A DNA stretch of 64,000 nucleotides from a virus (taxonomy: Duplodnaviria; Caudoviricetes), in IMG/VR virus record IMGVR_UViG_3300000169_000002, positions 1 through 64,000 of that record, one strand, 5' to 3'. Positions 29,850-39,530 of this stretch are shown here, one piece after another. The position numbers and the translations under genes are program-made. The notes beneath the pieces are model-generated. The model saw nothing but the letters and a program-made list of their open reading frames with translations, searched no databases and was not told where the DNA came from. Within the stretch, counting starts at the first letter, position 1, and each line of letters opens with the position of its first letter.

Positions 29850-30554
29850 ATGTCCGCGGTTCCTATTTTTAAAGAGCCCGAAGATCATATAGTTTATAGA
29901 AATTCAAATAATGAGGTCGTCCCATCTGTGACAACCATTCTCAAAATAATAAATAAGGAAGAATTGCTGTATTGGGCAAACTCTTTGGGGTTTAAAAGAA
30001 TTTCGATCAAAAATGAGCTTGAAGCCCATGCATATATAGGAACAGTTGTACATAAAACTATAGATCATTTTATTAAAAATAATAAGATTGATATAGAAGC
30101 ATTTATGGACAAAAATCGAGTTGTTGAAAATATATGTGCAAGAAAAGCTCTTATGTCATTTTCACAATACTATATTGAAAATAGAACTAATTTTAAGATA
30201 GTTTCTAATGAGAAATCAATTTCTGGTCAAAAATTTGGTGGGACTTTGGACCTTTTAACCAAATATAAAGACCAGCTTATAATTTGTGACTTCAAAACAA
30301 GTAGCAATTTTTACCTATCCATGTTCCTTCAAATGGCCGCCTATGATCTTCTTTTGAGGGAAACTGAAAATATTAAAGTTAAAGGATATATGGTAATTCT
30401 TCTTGATAAAAAGAATGGGACTAAAGCTAAGACAAAATTAATAGATGATAAAGATGAAATGAAAGCATATAGAGAGTGTTTTAAAAAATTGGTCGATTTT
30501 TATTATGATTATTATTATCTTAATCAAAAATATTGGTCAAAAGAAATAATATAG
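29850..30554 (+). CDS. PD-(D/E)xK exonuclease-family protein
   Basis: VPSVTTIL, GTVVH, GTLDLL, ICDFKTS, QMAAY. ATG at 29850 follows a GAGGGG RBS (ORF track starts at 29829). Confidence 0.8.
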   Translation: MSAVPIFKEPEDHIVYRNSNNEVVPSVTTILKIINKEELLYWANSLGFKRISIKNELEAHAYIGTVVHKTIDHFIKNNKIDIEAFMDKNRVVENICARKALMSFSQYYIENRTNFKIVSNEKSISGQKFGGTLDLLTKYKDQLIICDFKTSSNFYLSMFLQMAAYDLLLRETENIKVKGYMVILLDKKNGTKAKTKLIDDKDEMKAYRECFKKLVDFYYDYYYLNQKYWSKEII

Positions 30555-30608
30555 ATTAACACGCTAATGGGAGATTTCCTCCCATTAGCAATTTTTATCG
30601 AATAATAG

Positions 30609-30839
30609 TTATTTATTTTTGTTAGAATAATCTACAAGAGGCTTAATAACAAGGCCACCACATGAAAGATGTCTCCAAATTTGTTCACGGCCTTCATACG
30701 TAACAAATTTAAATCCAGTTGGATTAGAGCAAGAACACCATTTTTCATTTTTTAAATCTAATTCTACATATTTAGAAGACTCAGCGACAAATGTTCCTTC
30801 GAGTAAAGAATGCAAGGATGATTTTATATGTTTATTCAT
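30609..30839 (-). CDS. Small Cys/His-containing protein with the head-protein-type leader
   Basis: ATG at 30839 after AGGGGTG; MNKHIKSSLHSLLEG; WCSC...HLSC. Confidence 0.6.
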   Translation of the reverse strand: MNKHIKSSLHSLLEGTFVAESSKYVELDLKNEKWCSCSNPTGFKFVTYEGREQIWRHLSCGGLVIKPLVDYSNKNK

Positions 30840-30939
30840 AATTTCACCCCTTAGAGAACTGAGTCTATATCCAAGTGTCACATTTATGTATAAACAAAAT
30901 TGTCATTTTTATCCAGTAAAAATGAAATGTATAAAAATA

Positions 30940-30949
30940 TATATATTAT
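30940..30949 (+). promoter_or_regulatory. Early-type promoter
   Basis: TATATATTATT upstream of the SbcD/DnaB pair. Confidence 0.65.
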
Positions 30950-31006
30950 TTAACTGGAATTAGTTATATCATGTTTTTGATTATAATAATGGGAGAGGGG
31001 AGTTAT

Positions 31007-32185
31007 ATGTCATATAGAGATAAAATAAGAATTGGTGTTCATAGTGGGGATATTCATATTGGTGTAAGAGCCATAACTGCTGATGAAATGAAATACCAAC
31101 TTTATGAGCAATTTATCAAGCCAATTTCAAAGATGATGTTTATTGATTTTATTACTCTTAATGGTGACATCTCAGACTGTCCTTTGTCATTTAATTCAAA
31201 AATGGCTGAAGTGTATTTGTGGCTTTTTGATTCTATTGTAAATATTGCAAAGCAGAAAAATGCAGCTGTTATTGTTATTGAAGGTACAAAATCACACGAT
31301 TGTGATCATTTGAATAACGTTAAGTTCTATGAAAACGATAAAGATTTGGAAATTTATTTTGTACACGAACCAACTGAACTGGAAGTTAAAGGGATGAAAA
31401 TCTACTGTCTTCCAGATATCTATATTAAAAGCGATAAAGAAGAAAAGGAAATTTATAAATATCCGGATAAATATTTTGACTACATTCTTGGACATGGGTC
31501 TGTAACCGAAACTCAATTTGTAAAACAGGAGACCGAACATTCTATCTCCAAGAATATTGTATATGACAGCAAAGAACTTCTGAGAATGAGTAAAGGTCCT
31601 ATTTTGTTTGGCCATATTCATCAAAATCTCAGATATAGAGGAAGAATTTATTATATAAATTCTTTTACAAGATTTGCTCATGCTGAAGAAGAACCAAAAG
31701 GATTCATGGTCACAGCTTATGATAGAGAAACTTCCAAATATATCGCAGAACGAGTCGAGAATAAACTCGCTTTCAAATTCAATACATTCTTTATGAAACA
31801 TAATGAATTTGAAAATACAGATATAGAAGATATTGTTAAGAAAATTGATAAATTTATTGAGAAAAATAATGTTGATAGACTTTGTCTTGATATTCAATAT
31901 ACGAACACCCAAGCAAATATTGCAAAAATTCAAATTCTTAGAAGCCATTATGGTAAAAGTAAAATTGTAAATAAGATGAAGTTTAAATCCATCTCTGTTA
32001 AAGAAGCAGAGATCATTGAACAAGCTGAACAAAAGCAGGGGAATTCTAAGGATTATCTCAGGGATAAATCTCTGAGATTTGATGAAAAGCTTCAGAGGTT
32101 TATTCAAGAAGAGTATGGAGAGTTTATCCCGATTGAAAAGCTCCAGATTTTGCTTATGAGCGATGAACTCCTCTCTAGAGATTAG
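31007..32185 (+). CDS. SbcD/Mre11-like metallophosphoesterase nuclease
   Basis: GDIHIG, NGDISD, GTKSHD, GHG, FGHIH motifs. Confidence 0.85.
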   Translation: MSYRDKIRIGVHSGDIHIGVRAITADEMKYQLYEQFIKPISKMMFIDFITLNGDISDCPLSFNSKMAEVYLWLFDSIVNIAKQKNAAVIVIEGTKSHDCDHLNNVKFYENDKDLEIYFVHEPTELEVKGMKIYCLPDIYIKSDKEEKEIYKYPDKYFDYILGHGSVTETQFVKQETEHSISKNIVYDSKELLRMSKGPILFGHIHQNLRYRGRIYYINSFTRFAHAEEEPKGFMVTAYDRETSKYIAERVENKLAFKFNTFFMKHNEFENTDIEDIVKKIDKFIEKNNVDRLCLDIQYTNTQANIAKIQILRSHYGKSKIVNKMKFKSISVKEAEIIEQAEQKQGNSKDYLRDKSLRFDEKLQRFIQEEYGEFIPIEKLQILLMSDELLSRD

Positions 32186-32215
32186 TAAATTATATATCGC
32201 TGAACTACTAAATGA

Positions 32216-34168
32216 TTGGTGAGAGAGGGGATGTTAGGATTGACAGTAGAATTGGATGAAGAGCGACTTCCCCATGAATATCCAGAGAATACATCAATTT
32301 CTATGGGGACGGCAGGAAATATAAGACCTAATACGGGAAGATATAAAAAGATTCCTATAAAGTTTGATATTGAAACTTTGGACTTGCTGCTTGCTTATGC
32401 ATATGACGTAGATAATCAATTTATAACAAGATCAGCTCTTAATAATTTGTATAACTTGATAAGTTTATGCAATATGAATCTTTATAAAAATAATACTGCA
32501 CTTAGGACTAGAATTGAACTTTTGTCTTATATGCTTGAGGCTCGATTACATATGGGCTTCGATAATAAAAAGATTCTCTTGAATTATGCTTTGGATAATT
32601 GTGAAAATAAGAATCTAATCAGAGAAGAAATTCTTCCTGAGTTCAATAAGATAAAGTTGAATTCAAGGATGACTCAATATCTGAACTCATATGTTGCGGA
32701 TAGATTGATTTATGGATTCGTATTTTCATATAAAGATGAATTGTTTGAGATTTTTGAAGATTTGGAGTCTCATAACTATAAAACTCTGAGAGATATAAAT
32801 CAGAGAATTAAAGAGATAATTACGAATCTTCTATTTGATATTAGAAATGCTGAGAACTATGCACAAGATATTTCAACTTTGGATTTGACTGAAGGAAATT
32901 TTGAGAACATTGTTAAACAAATTGTGCAAAAATTGAGAGATCCGGGTAATAAACTTATTTCTGGCGTTCAAGCATTGAATATTATGCTTAACGGCGGTTT
33001 TGAAAGAAAAAGATCATACCTGTTTTTCGGTATGACCGGTGTAGGAAAATCAGTTCTGCTTTTGAATCTTCTTATTTTTATCAAGAAATGCAACCGGGTC
33101 AAACCGAAAGACCCGTCTAAAAGACCCGCAGCATTGTATATTTCTCAAGAAAATACAATTGAAGAAACAGTTGAACGGATATTTAATATGGAGGTAACCG
33201 GAGATGATATCCGGAACTATACTCCATCTGAAGTAGTTAAACTTTTGAGAACTAAAGGTGAAATGACTCTCAATTCTGATGACGATATTGATATTATTAT
33301 TAAGTATTATGACGATAAAGAAATTTCAACTCTGGATTTGTATTCTATCGTTAGTGACATTGAAGACACTGGTCGGGAAGTTATTGTAGTAATTCATGAT
33401 TATATTGAACGTATCAGGTCTTCAAAAGGTCTTCAAGAACTTCGTTTTGAACTTGCTGAAGTTGCTAACGATTATTCAGTCCTCGCAAAAAGATTGGAGA
33501 TTCCAGTCATTGGAGCGGGTCAGTTTAATAGAAAAGCCGCCGATACGATCGAGACTAATGAGGGAAATAAATATGATATCGGTAGGCTTTTGGGCAAGGC
33601 ACATATTTCTGAAGCTTATGCAATATTGAAGAACGTCGACTCGGCCATTGCGATTAATAAAGAAATTGATGATAAAGGCTATGAGTATATGACGTTCAAA
33701 GACATGAAGCAACGTTCGAATAAAAGAAAAAGAAATAAATTTGCAGACTATTTTGCACACCCTATTGATCCCGAGAATGGCATAAAACTTATTCCAGATA
33801 TTTATTTGGATGAGCCATTGTCAAGAGTCAGTCTTGATGAACTTATAGAAGAAAATGATATTATCAGCAGACGAAAACCAAAGAAAAGACAAGTCAAAGA
33901 ACTTCCCGTTCAAAAAGAAGAAAAACCGCAAACAACTGAAATTATTTCTGGTGATACCATCAAAGATTTTAAATTTCTCGGAGAAATTATCAACGAGCGC
34001 AAAAATATTAAAGATAAAATTGAGAAAAGACTTCGTAATGTTGACGAAGAAAAACTTGATGATATTATGAAAAGTTATGGTTCTTATGTTAGAAACAGTA
34101 ATGGATTCATAGTTATTAAAATGAACGAATCATTCTTCAAAAATAAAAAGGAATGGCAGGATTTTTGA
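32216..34168 (+). CDS. DnaB-like replicative helicase
   Basis: Walker A GMTGVGKS, YISQEN, HDYIE, GQFNR motifs; start may be 32231 or 32240. Confidence 0.85.
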   Translation: MVREGMLGLTVELDEERLPHEYPENTSISMGTAGNIRPNTGRYKKIPIKFDIETLDLLLAYAYDVDNQFITRSALNNLYNLISLCNMNLYKNNTALRTRIELLSYMLEARLHMGFDNKKILLNYALDNCENKNLIREEILPEFNKIKLNSRMTQYLNSYVADRLIYGFVFSYKDELFEIFEDLESHNYKTLRDINQRIKEIITNLLFDIRNAENYAQDISTLDLTEGNFENIVKQIVQKLRDPGNKLISGVQALNIMLNGGFERKRSYLFFGMTGVGKSVLLLNLLIFIKKCNRVKPKDPSKRPAALYISQENTIEETVERIFNMEVTGDDIRNYTPSEVVKLLRTKGEMTLNSDDDIDIIIKYYDDKEISTLDLYSIVSDIEDTGREVIVVIHDYIERIRSSKGLQELRFELAEVANDYSVLAKRLEIPVIGAGQFNRKAADTIETNEGNKYDIGRLLGKAHISEAYAILKNVDSAIAINKEIDDKGYEYMTFKDMKQRSNKRKRNKFADYFAHPIDPENGIKLIPDIYLDEPLSRVSLDELIEENDIISRRKPKKRQVKELPVQKEEKPQTTEIISGDTIKDFKFLGEIINERKNIKDKIEKRLRNVDEEKLDDIMKSYGSYVRNSNGFIVIKMNESFFKNKKEWQDF

Positions 34169-34184
34169 ACCTGCCATTCCTTAT

Positions 34185-34568
34185 TCAGATATTTCCTAAT
34201 TTTTTCTCAAGATTAATAATGTCTTCGATCAGCGTTCTATCAGATCCCCTTAATACACGAATCTTTCTCGGTATAAAATTTTCTACAGTTGTATTATTCA
34301 ATAAAAGTAAAAGATAGTAAAGATTTTCTGTATCATATAGAAATTTGGATAGAGCTTTAGGTTTATACATATATTTTTTTGTCTCTTCTTCGCTCAAAGT
34401 TATTTCTTCTGCATTATCTTTCAATATATCTAAATATTTTTCAATCGCTATTGATGCCAAAAATTCAAAACCATCAAATTTTTCTATCTTACTCGCGTTT
34501 CTTAAATTAAAGAAGTCTTTTTTGACTGAATTTGCGTACTCTTGAAGCGTTTTATTCTTCGAAGCCAA
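34185..34568 (-). CDS. Baseplate wedge protein, T4 gp53/LysM-like
   Basis: YKPKALSKFLYDTENLYYLLLLLN matches the RPD.LS..LYG...WW.I...N pattern. Confidence 0.6.
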   Translation of the reverse strand: MASKNKTLQEYANSVKKDFFNLRNASKIEKFDGFEFLASIAIEKYLDILKDNAEEITLSEEETKKYMYKPKALSKFLYDTENLYYLLLLLNNTTVENFIPRKIRVLRGSDRTLIEDIINLEKKLGNI

Positions 34569-34584
34569 TTTCTTTCACCTCTCT

Positions 34585-34959
34585 TTAAATAAATGGCACG
34601 ATAACTGCATCGTTTATATTTCTATTTGGTATAAATACAATCATCCGGCTTCCTTTTGGAAAATGAGGAGATGCCATATTATCATAGTTTAATGTTTTAA
34701 ACGTCGCAATAAAGGACTTACTAACTTTAATAGAAATATAATTATTGTTTGACACTGTAGTAGAGACAAAAATATTTTCTTTTGATTTAAAAATATTAGG
34801 GGGGATTGAAATATTTGTTGAGGTGCCGGACCCTTGGCGGTCCATCATTAATTCAGGGATGTAAAGTTTCATGGAGTTAACATTGTAATTGTAATTTTCA
34901 ACCGTGTATCCGACCATAAAATCTTTTGGCTCTGGTTGAGAAAAGATGGACATAGCCAC
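34585..34959 (-). CDS. Hypothetical protein, possibly baseplate hub/spike OB-fold
   Basis: 124-aa ORF with GGTG RBS, adjacent to the gp53-like gene; KLYIPELM...FPKGSRMIVF. Confidence 0.5.
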   Translation of the reverse strand: MAMSIFSQPEPKDFMVGYTVENYNYNVNSMKLYIPELMMDRQGSGTSTNISIPPNIFKSKENIFVSTTVSNNNYISIKVSKSFIATFKTLNYDNMASPHFPKGSRMIVFIPNRNINDAVIVPFI

Positions 34960-34993
34960 ATCACCTATCCTTATCTACGAAGGGGTTTTGATT

Positions 34994-35488
34994 ATGAATC
35001 GAAAATATGTCCACATAAAAGAATATCAATTAACTAAATTAATTCTAGATTATATGAACGTGGACATGGAAGACGATGGCAAACTGTACCATGATGCTCT
35101 TCCATTGAAAAATAAGAGTAAATTTTTTACGCTGGTTCCTTATAAAGAAATGGGTAAGTTTAAAGACGATAATTTAACACCTATTAGACCATGTACTAAT
35201 GTAAATCATTCTCAATATCTTATAAATTTGTTTTCGGAGATTAATGACTGTGAAAGTTTATTTGAATATAAGAATATGGAAGATAACGAATCCCTTCTTG
35301 AAGGAACTATGAAGTTGACTTATGGTAAAGAAGTAAAGAAAATTCATTTTTATGGAGTGAAAAATCTTAACACATTGATGGTAGGAGTTTTGTGTAAGAT
35401 GGTCTTACCAAAAGATGTGTTTAAGAAAAATATAGGTAATATTTTGAAATTGGATCAAAAAATAACGGATTCTAAGAGGAAAGAATAA
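34994..35488 (+). CDS. Hypothetical protein
   Basis: ORF 34946..35488; ATG at 34994 after AAGGGG avoids overlap with the divergent gene; stop overlaps the next start. Confidence 0.7.
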   Translation: MNRKYVHIKEYQLTKLILDYMNVDMEDDGKLYHDALPLKNKSKFFTLVPYKEMGKFKDDNLTPIRPCTNVNHSQYLINLFSEINDCESLFEYKNMEDNESLLEGTMKLTYGKEVKKIHFYGVKNLNTLMVGVLCKMVLPKDVFKKNIGNILKLDQKITDSKRKE

Positions 35489-36693
35489 TGGCCAAAGATT
35501 ATGAATGGACTAAAGATCAAAAAGAATGTATAAACGAGGCTGTTAAGTGGTATAAAAAACAGACAAAGCAAGTTTTTGAATATGCAGGTTGGGCAGGAGT
35601 TGGCAAAACAACCATCGTCCCACATATGATCAAAAAGATGGGTCTTGAAATGGATGAAGTCTTGGCTGTTGCGTTTACAGGAAAGGCTGCATCTAACCTG
35701 ACCCTGAAAGGCATTCCAGCCACTTCAGCTCATGCAGGATTTATGGAACTAATTCAAGTTCCTAAAACTGATAAAGATGGTAATGTAATAAAAAAAGAAG
35801 GTAAAATTTTAAAAACATGGAAGTTTAAAAGAAAGGATTCGATCCCAAGTCATATAAAACTTATTTTCATTGATGAAGCATATTTTCTGCCAAATGAGTT
35901 GGGGCAGATAGCCGAATCATTTGGTCTTCCAGTATGTGTTTGTGGAGATCCGGGACAACTTGGTCCAATCTACGGGAAACCAAGATACCTTTTAAAACCT
36001 GATTTCTTTATAAATGAAATTACGCGCCAAGGAAAAGAGTCAGGTATTATTGAACTTGCTACATTGATTAGAAATAATGAAGAACTTCCTTCGAAAAAGA
36101 TGATTATAAAGAATGATGCTTTCATATTGCCAAAAAATGAAGTTACAGATGAAATTCTTCTTAATGTAGATATTATTCTCTGCGGAAGAAATAAAACCAG
36201 AAATTATTTTAATAAAAGAATTAGAAATGACATTCTTGGAGTTAAATCAAAGCTTCCTGTGAAAGGCGATAAATTAATTTGCAGGCACAATTATTGGAAT
36301 AGGACATTGGAAGATATACCTTTAACCAATGGGGTTATCGGTACTGTGGTACACGATGTAGCAAAGTCATCTGTAGATTATAAATCTGGTGTAGTTAGGA
36401 TAGATTTTATGCCAGATTACACTACAAAGAATTATTATATGAATCTTCCTATAGATATAGATTATTTTCAAGAAGAATGTGGAATGCATGACGAGGAAGA
36501 CGATTTTGAGTATGGTAAAAAATATGGAATAAAAATGGAGCTTGCGAATGCAATAACAACTCATATTTCCCAAGGTTCAGATTTCCCCACAGTTTTATAC
36601 TGGGATGAAGTTTATGGGGATCAAGATTTTATACGGAGATTAAGATACACGGGTTTAACCCGAGCAAGAAAAATCGCAATAATGGCTGTATAA
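35488..36693 (+). CDS. SF1B helicase, Dda/RecD-like
   Basis: GWAGVGKTT, AFTGKAA, IDEA, GDPGQL, RQ, AITTHISQGS, YTGLTRA. Confidence 0.9.
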   Translation: MAKDYEWTKDQKECINEAVKWYKKQTKQVFEYAGWAGVGKTTIVPHMIKKMGLEMDEVLAVAFTGKAASNLTLKGIPATSAHAGFMELIQVPKTDKDGNVIKKEGKILKTWKFKRKDSIPSHIKLIFIDEAYFLPNELGQIAESFGLPVCVCGDPGQLGPIYGKPRYLLKPDFFINEITRQGKESGIIELATLIRNNEELPSKKMIIKNDAFILPKNEVTDEILLNVDIILCGRNKTRNYFNKRIRNDILGVKSKLPVKGDKLICRHNYWNRTLEDIPLTNGVIGTVVHDVAKSSVDYKSGVVRIDFMPDYTTKNYYMNLPIDIDYFQEECGMHDEEDDFEYGKKYGIKMELANAITTHISQGSDFPTVLYWDEVYGDQDFIRRLRYTGLTRARKIAIMAV

Positions 36694-36741
36694 ACTCCGT
36701 ACCAGAAATTTATTCTGGTACGGAGTGAATTTTTTCAAAAT

Positions 36742-36751
36742 TATATATTAT
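36742..36751 (+). promoter_or_regulatory. Early-type promoter
   Basis: TATATATTATT upstream of the HExxH cluster. Confidence 0.65.
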
Positions 36752-36801
36752 TATCATAGGATTAATTCTTTATCCATGAAAAGGAGTGCATAAAATAACA
36801 T

Positions 36802-37590
36802 ATGTGGATTATAAATAGCAATACTAGATATGGCGCTCTGGACTTTTTCACTATAAATTGTGTCGAAGAATGTTTAGAAATATTAAAAGATGATCTCGTT
36901 GATAAGGTCGTTGTGAATATAGTCCCATATACAAGGGCTGAATTTCTTATCGAGTGTGGAGGAGCTTCTCATAATACAAGAATTTTTAATAACAAATTTG
37001 ATGCAACAAGACCTCCTAAGCTCCATGAAATTTTTTCTGAAGTAAATATATGTAATGATATCGAAAAACTTTTGGGAAGAAAACTATTTTTAAAATATTT
37101 CAAAAATAGATTTTTCACATTTATAGAATCTTTTGGCGTTGAAGTAAATGAATATTCGATGTTTACGATGTGTTTATTACATGAATTTGGCCATTGCAAT
37201 TTGATGAAATTATTTTTACAGCTTGGGATGGAAAAAGAATATGACAACTTATATCATCTTTCTAAAGCTGTATCATATACGGTAAGTTCACATGTTACTG
37301 AAAAATTGTGGAATAAATATTATGGAATTTCTCTGAGACAAACTTCTGATCTGATGGAAAATAATGCAGATGCATACGCTTTTAAAAATTTTCCATACGT
37401 TTGGGAGCGTGTAAAAAAATTTATAAGACCTGAGTTGAAAAATAAAAGTGATTTGGTAATCACAAGATGTAGCGAAGGTATGAAAAGGACGAAGCTTTGG
37501 CTTGAATTTAAAAAATATCATATGACTCACATCCAAGGGGCTGCACAATATGATCAAAATCACGAAAAAGAATATCAATTCAAAATTTGA
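36802..37590 (+). CDS. HExxH zinc-metallopeptidase-like protein
   Basis: LLHEFGH plus downstream MENNADAYA (third-ligand Glu pattern of IrrE/ImmA-like proteins). Confidence 0.65.
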   Translation: MWIINSNTRYGALDFFTINCVEECLEILKDDLVDKVVVNIVPYTRAEFLIECGGASHNTRIFNNKFDATRPPKLHEIFSEVNICNDIEKLLGRKLFLKYFKNRFFTFIESFGVEVNEYSMFTMCLLHEFGHCNLMKLFLQLGMEKEYDNLYHLSKAVSYTVSSHVTEKLWNKYYGISLRQTSDLMENNADAYAFKNFPYVWERVKKFIRPELKNKSDLVITRCSEGMKRTKLWLEFKKYHMTHIQGAAQYDQNHEKEYQFKI

Positions 37591-38167
37591 TTTTTTTAAA
37601 AAAATTTGTATTGAGGAATGTATAGATTATCTGAAAGACAAAATTCCTCCGGTTAAAGGAGTTCATGTTATCGAAAATGATGATAATGATAACTCCTTTC
37701 TGGATGATATCGGGGGAGCTTTGTGTACAGTTAAATATAATGATATTAATATCTATTGTGAAATATATATTTCAGGCGATATATTAGAATACTATAAAAA
37801 ATATAAAGAACGAGATAGAAGGGAAAAATTCCTGAGATCATTAGGAGTACCTGTTAACAAATACTCCTTGTTTTTAATAGTATTACTCCATGAATTTGGA
37901 CACTCAAATTTAGTAAAAATGTTTTACGATGCAGGAATCATAGATGACTATAATATATTTGATACTATTTCAGACTCACTCTCTTCTATTTTTGAAAAAC
38001 GAGAGGAGACTCTTTTAAAATGGGAATTCCGTTACAAAAACAATGAACTTACAAATATCGTTAACGGGATAGAATCCCAAAGTGATATTTTTGCAAGGGA
38101 TAATTTTCTTCCATTATGGAAGAAATTGAATAAAATTTTAAGGTCTTACAAGTTAGACGAACTTTGA
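37550..38167 (+). CDS. HExxH zinc-metallopeptidase-like protein (paralog)
   Basis: LLHEFGH and IESQSDIFA. Confidence 0.65.
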   Translation: MIKITKKNINSKFDFFKKICIEECIDYLKDKIPPVKGVHVIENDDNDNSFLDDIGGALCTVKYNDINIYCEIYISGDILEYYKKYKERDRREKFLRSLGVPVNKYSLFLIVLLHEFGHSNLVKMFYDAGIIDDYNIFDTISDSLSSIFEKREETLLKWEFRYKNNELTNIVNGIESQSDIFARDNFLPLWKKLNKILRSYKLDEL

Positions 38168-38652
38168 AAGGGGCAATAAACATGAGAGTACGGGTTAAGA
38201 GACAACCCCCTATCACGGACATAACCTTGTTTCAAATGAAATGCATTGATAAGATTATTAAGAAATTTTATAACGATATTCCTGAAGAGATTGCTAGACA
38301 GCGTCTTTACATTTATCACTCAGAATATCTAAAATCTAAAGTTGAAAAAAGGGTTAAGAAGATATATAAGAAATTTTTAAAATCCATTGGTGTGAATCCA
38401 TCCAAAGAATCTTTTTATCTTTTATATATGCTCCAGAAAGTTGGAGAAGATAAAGCAAATATTGAATTTTCATATAACCATGCCTTGTTTTCACAAATAA
38501 AAGCTATTTTTGGAAAGTTTAATAATATTTTAACTTCCAAAGATACCTATGAAATAGCGGTAAAACTCCTTAAAGATTCTACACCTTTGTTAAAGTCAAT
38601 CATTTTTGCATTAAATGTATTTATTGAAATATGGGAGATTGTAGAAACATAA
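38164..38652 (+). CDS. Degenerate third paralog lacking HExxH
   Basis: FLKSIGVNPSKESFYLLYMLQKVG aligns with FLRSLGVPVNKYSLFLIVLLHEFG. Confidence 0.6.
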   Translation: MKGAINMRVRVKRQPPITDITLFQMKCIDKIIKKFYNDIPEEIARQRLYIYHSEYLKSKVEKRVKKIYKKFLKSIGVNPSKESFYLLYMLQKVGEDKANIEFSYNHALFSQIKAIFGKFNNILTSKDTYEIAVKLLKDSTPLLKSIIFALNVFIEIWEIVET

Positions 38653-38675
38653 CGCAAATTACAATTCTTTTGGAA

Positions 38676-38685
38676 TATATATTAT
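38676..38685 (+). promoter_or_regulatory. Early-type promoter
   Basis: AATATATATTATT..TTGTG. Confidence 0.65.
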
Positions 38686-38748
38686 TGATTTGTGGGGTAT
38701 GAGACCCCCAAACCAAAAATCAAACTAAAAATTAAAGGAGTGTTTTCT

Positions 38749-38811
38749 ATGGAAGTAAAGCTCAATTATTGTAACCGATACATGGATGAGCCACTCTACA
38801 TATGGGCATAA
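38749..38811 (+). CDS. Candidate 20-aa micropeptide MEVKLNYCNRYMDEPLYIWA
   Basis: AAAGGAG RBS, its own early promoter, and a downstream terminator-like hairpin (38845-38876). Confidence 0.5.
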   Translation: MEVKLNYCNRYMDEPLYIWA

Positions 38812-38902
38812 ATTCGTGATCGGGAAAATCGAATAAAATATAATGAAGGGGATGGATTATTAACCCATCCCCCTTCTCTATCCCCTTTATTTATTTTTGA
38901 TA

Positions 38903-38912
38903 TATATATTAT
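38903..38912 (+). promoter_or_regulatory. Early-type promoter
   Basis: TATATATTAT upstream of 38936. Confidence 0.6.
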
Positions 38913-38935
38913 AACTTTAAGAAAAGGAGAGGAGA

Positions 38936-39439
38936 TTGTTTATGTTTAGTCATGATATTATCTTGATGGTCGGAATACCATTATCAGGTAAATCGACTCT
39001 CTCAAGACAAATCAGGAAAGATTATGGGCATGTTATCATTTGCCCTGATAATGTTCGGCTTGCTATTCACGGAAATCAATTTATCCAGACAGCCGAACCA
39101 TTTGTCTGGGCCGTGGTTGAAACTATGGTAAGAACAATGCTTTTACAGGATGAAAAAATTATAATTGATGCGACAAACACACATTTTTCAGCTAGATCCA
39201 AATGGATAAGACTGGCAAAGGAAATGAAAAAATCTATTGTTGCGTGTGTTTTTCAAACACCATATAGCGAATGTATTGAAAGAAATAAAAAAATTAAGAG
39301 ATTGGATCAATCTGTTATTGACAGGATGATCAATCAGTTTAAACCCCCTACTTATGACGAGGGGTTCGATTCTATTTTCAACGTAACTTGCAGAAATTAT
39401 AAATTTGATTTTGAATTGGTCGAACCTCAAGAAAATTGA
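38936..39439 (+). CDS. P-loop kinase, polynucleotide-kinase-like (AAA_33)
   Basis: MVGIPLSGKST, CPDNVR, IIDATN, CIERN. Confidence 0.82.
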   Translation: MFMFSHDIILMVGIPLSGKSTLSRQIRKDYGHVIICPDNVRLAIHGNQFIQTAEPFVWAVVETMVRTMLLQDEKIIIDATNTHFSARSKWIRLAKEMKKSIVACVFQTPYSECIERNKKIKRLDQSVIDRMINQFKPPTYDEGFDSIFNVTCRNYKFDFELVEPQEN

Positions 39440-39472
39440 GATAATTTTTAATAAAATGAATAGAAAATAAAA

Positions 39473-39482
39473 TATATATTAT
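39473..39482 (+). promoter_or_regulatory. Early-type promoter
   Basis: AAATATATATTATT upstream of 39531. Confidence 0.65.
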
Positions 39483-39530
39483 TATTTTGAACATGACAGT
39501 ACATTAATAATTATGAAAGGGAGATGACCA

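Noticed and set aside
29850-30554. Cas4/CRISPR system
   Set aside because: No Cas4 Fe-S cysteine pattern, no other cas genes and no repeat-spacer array seen in the window
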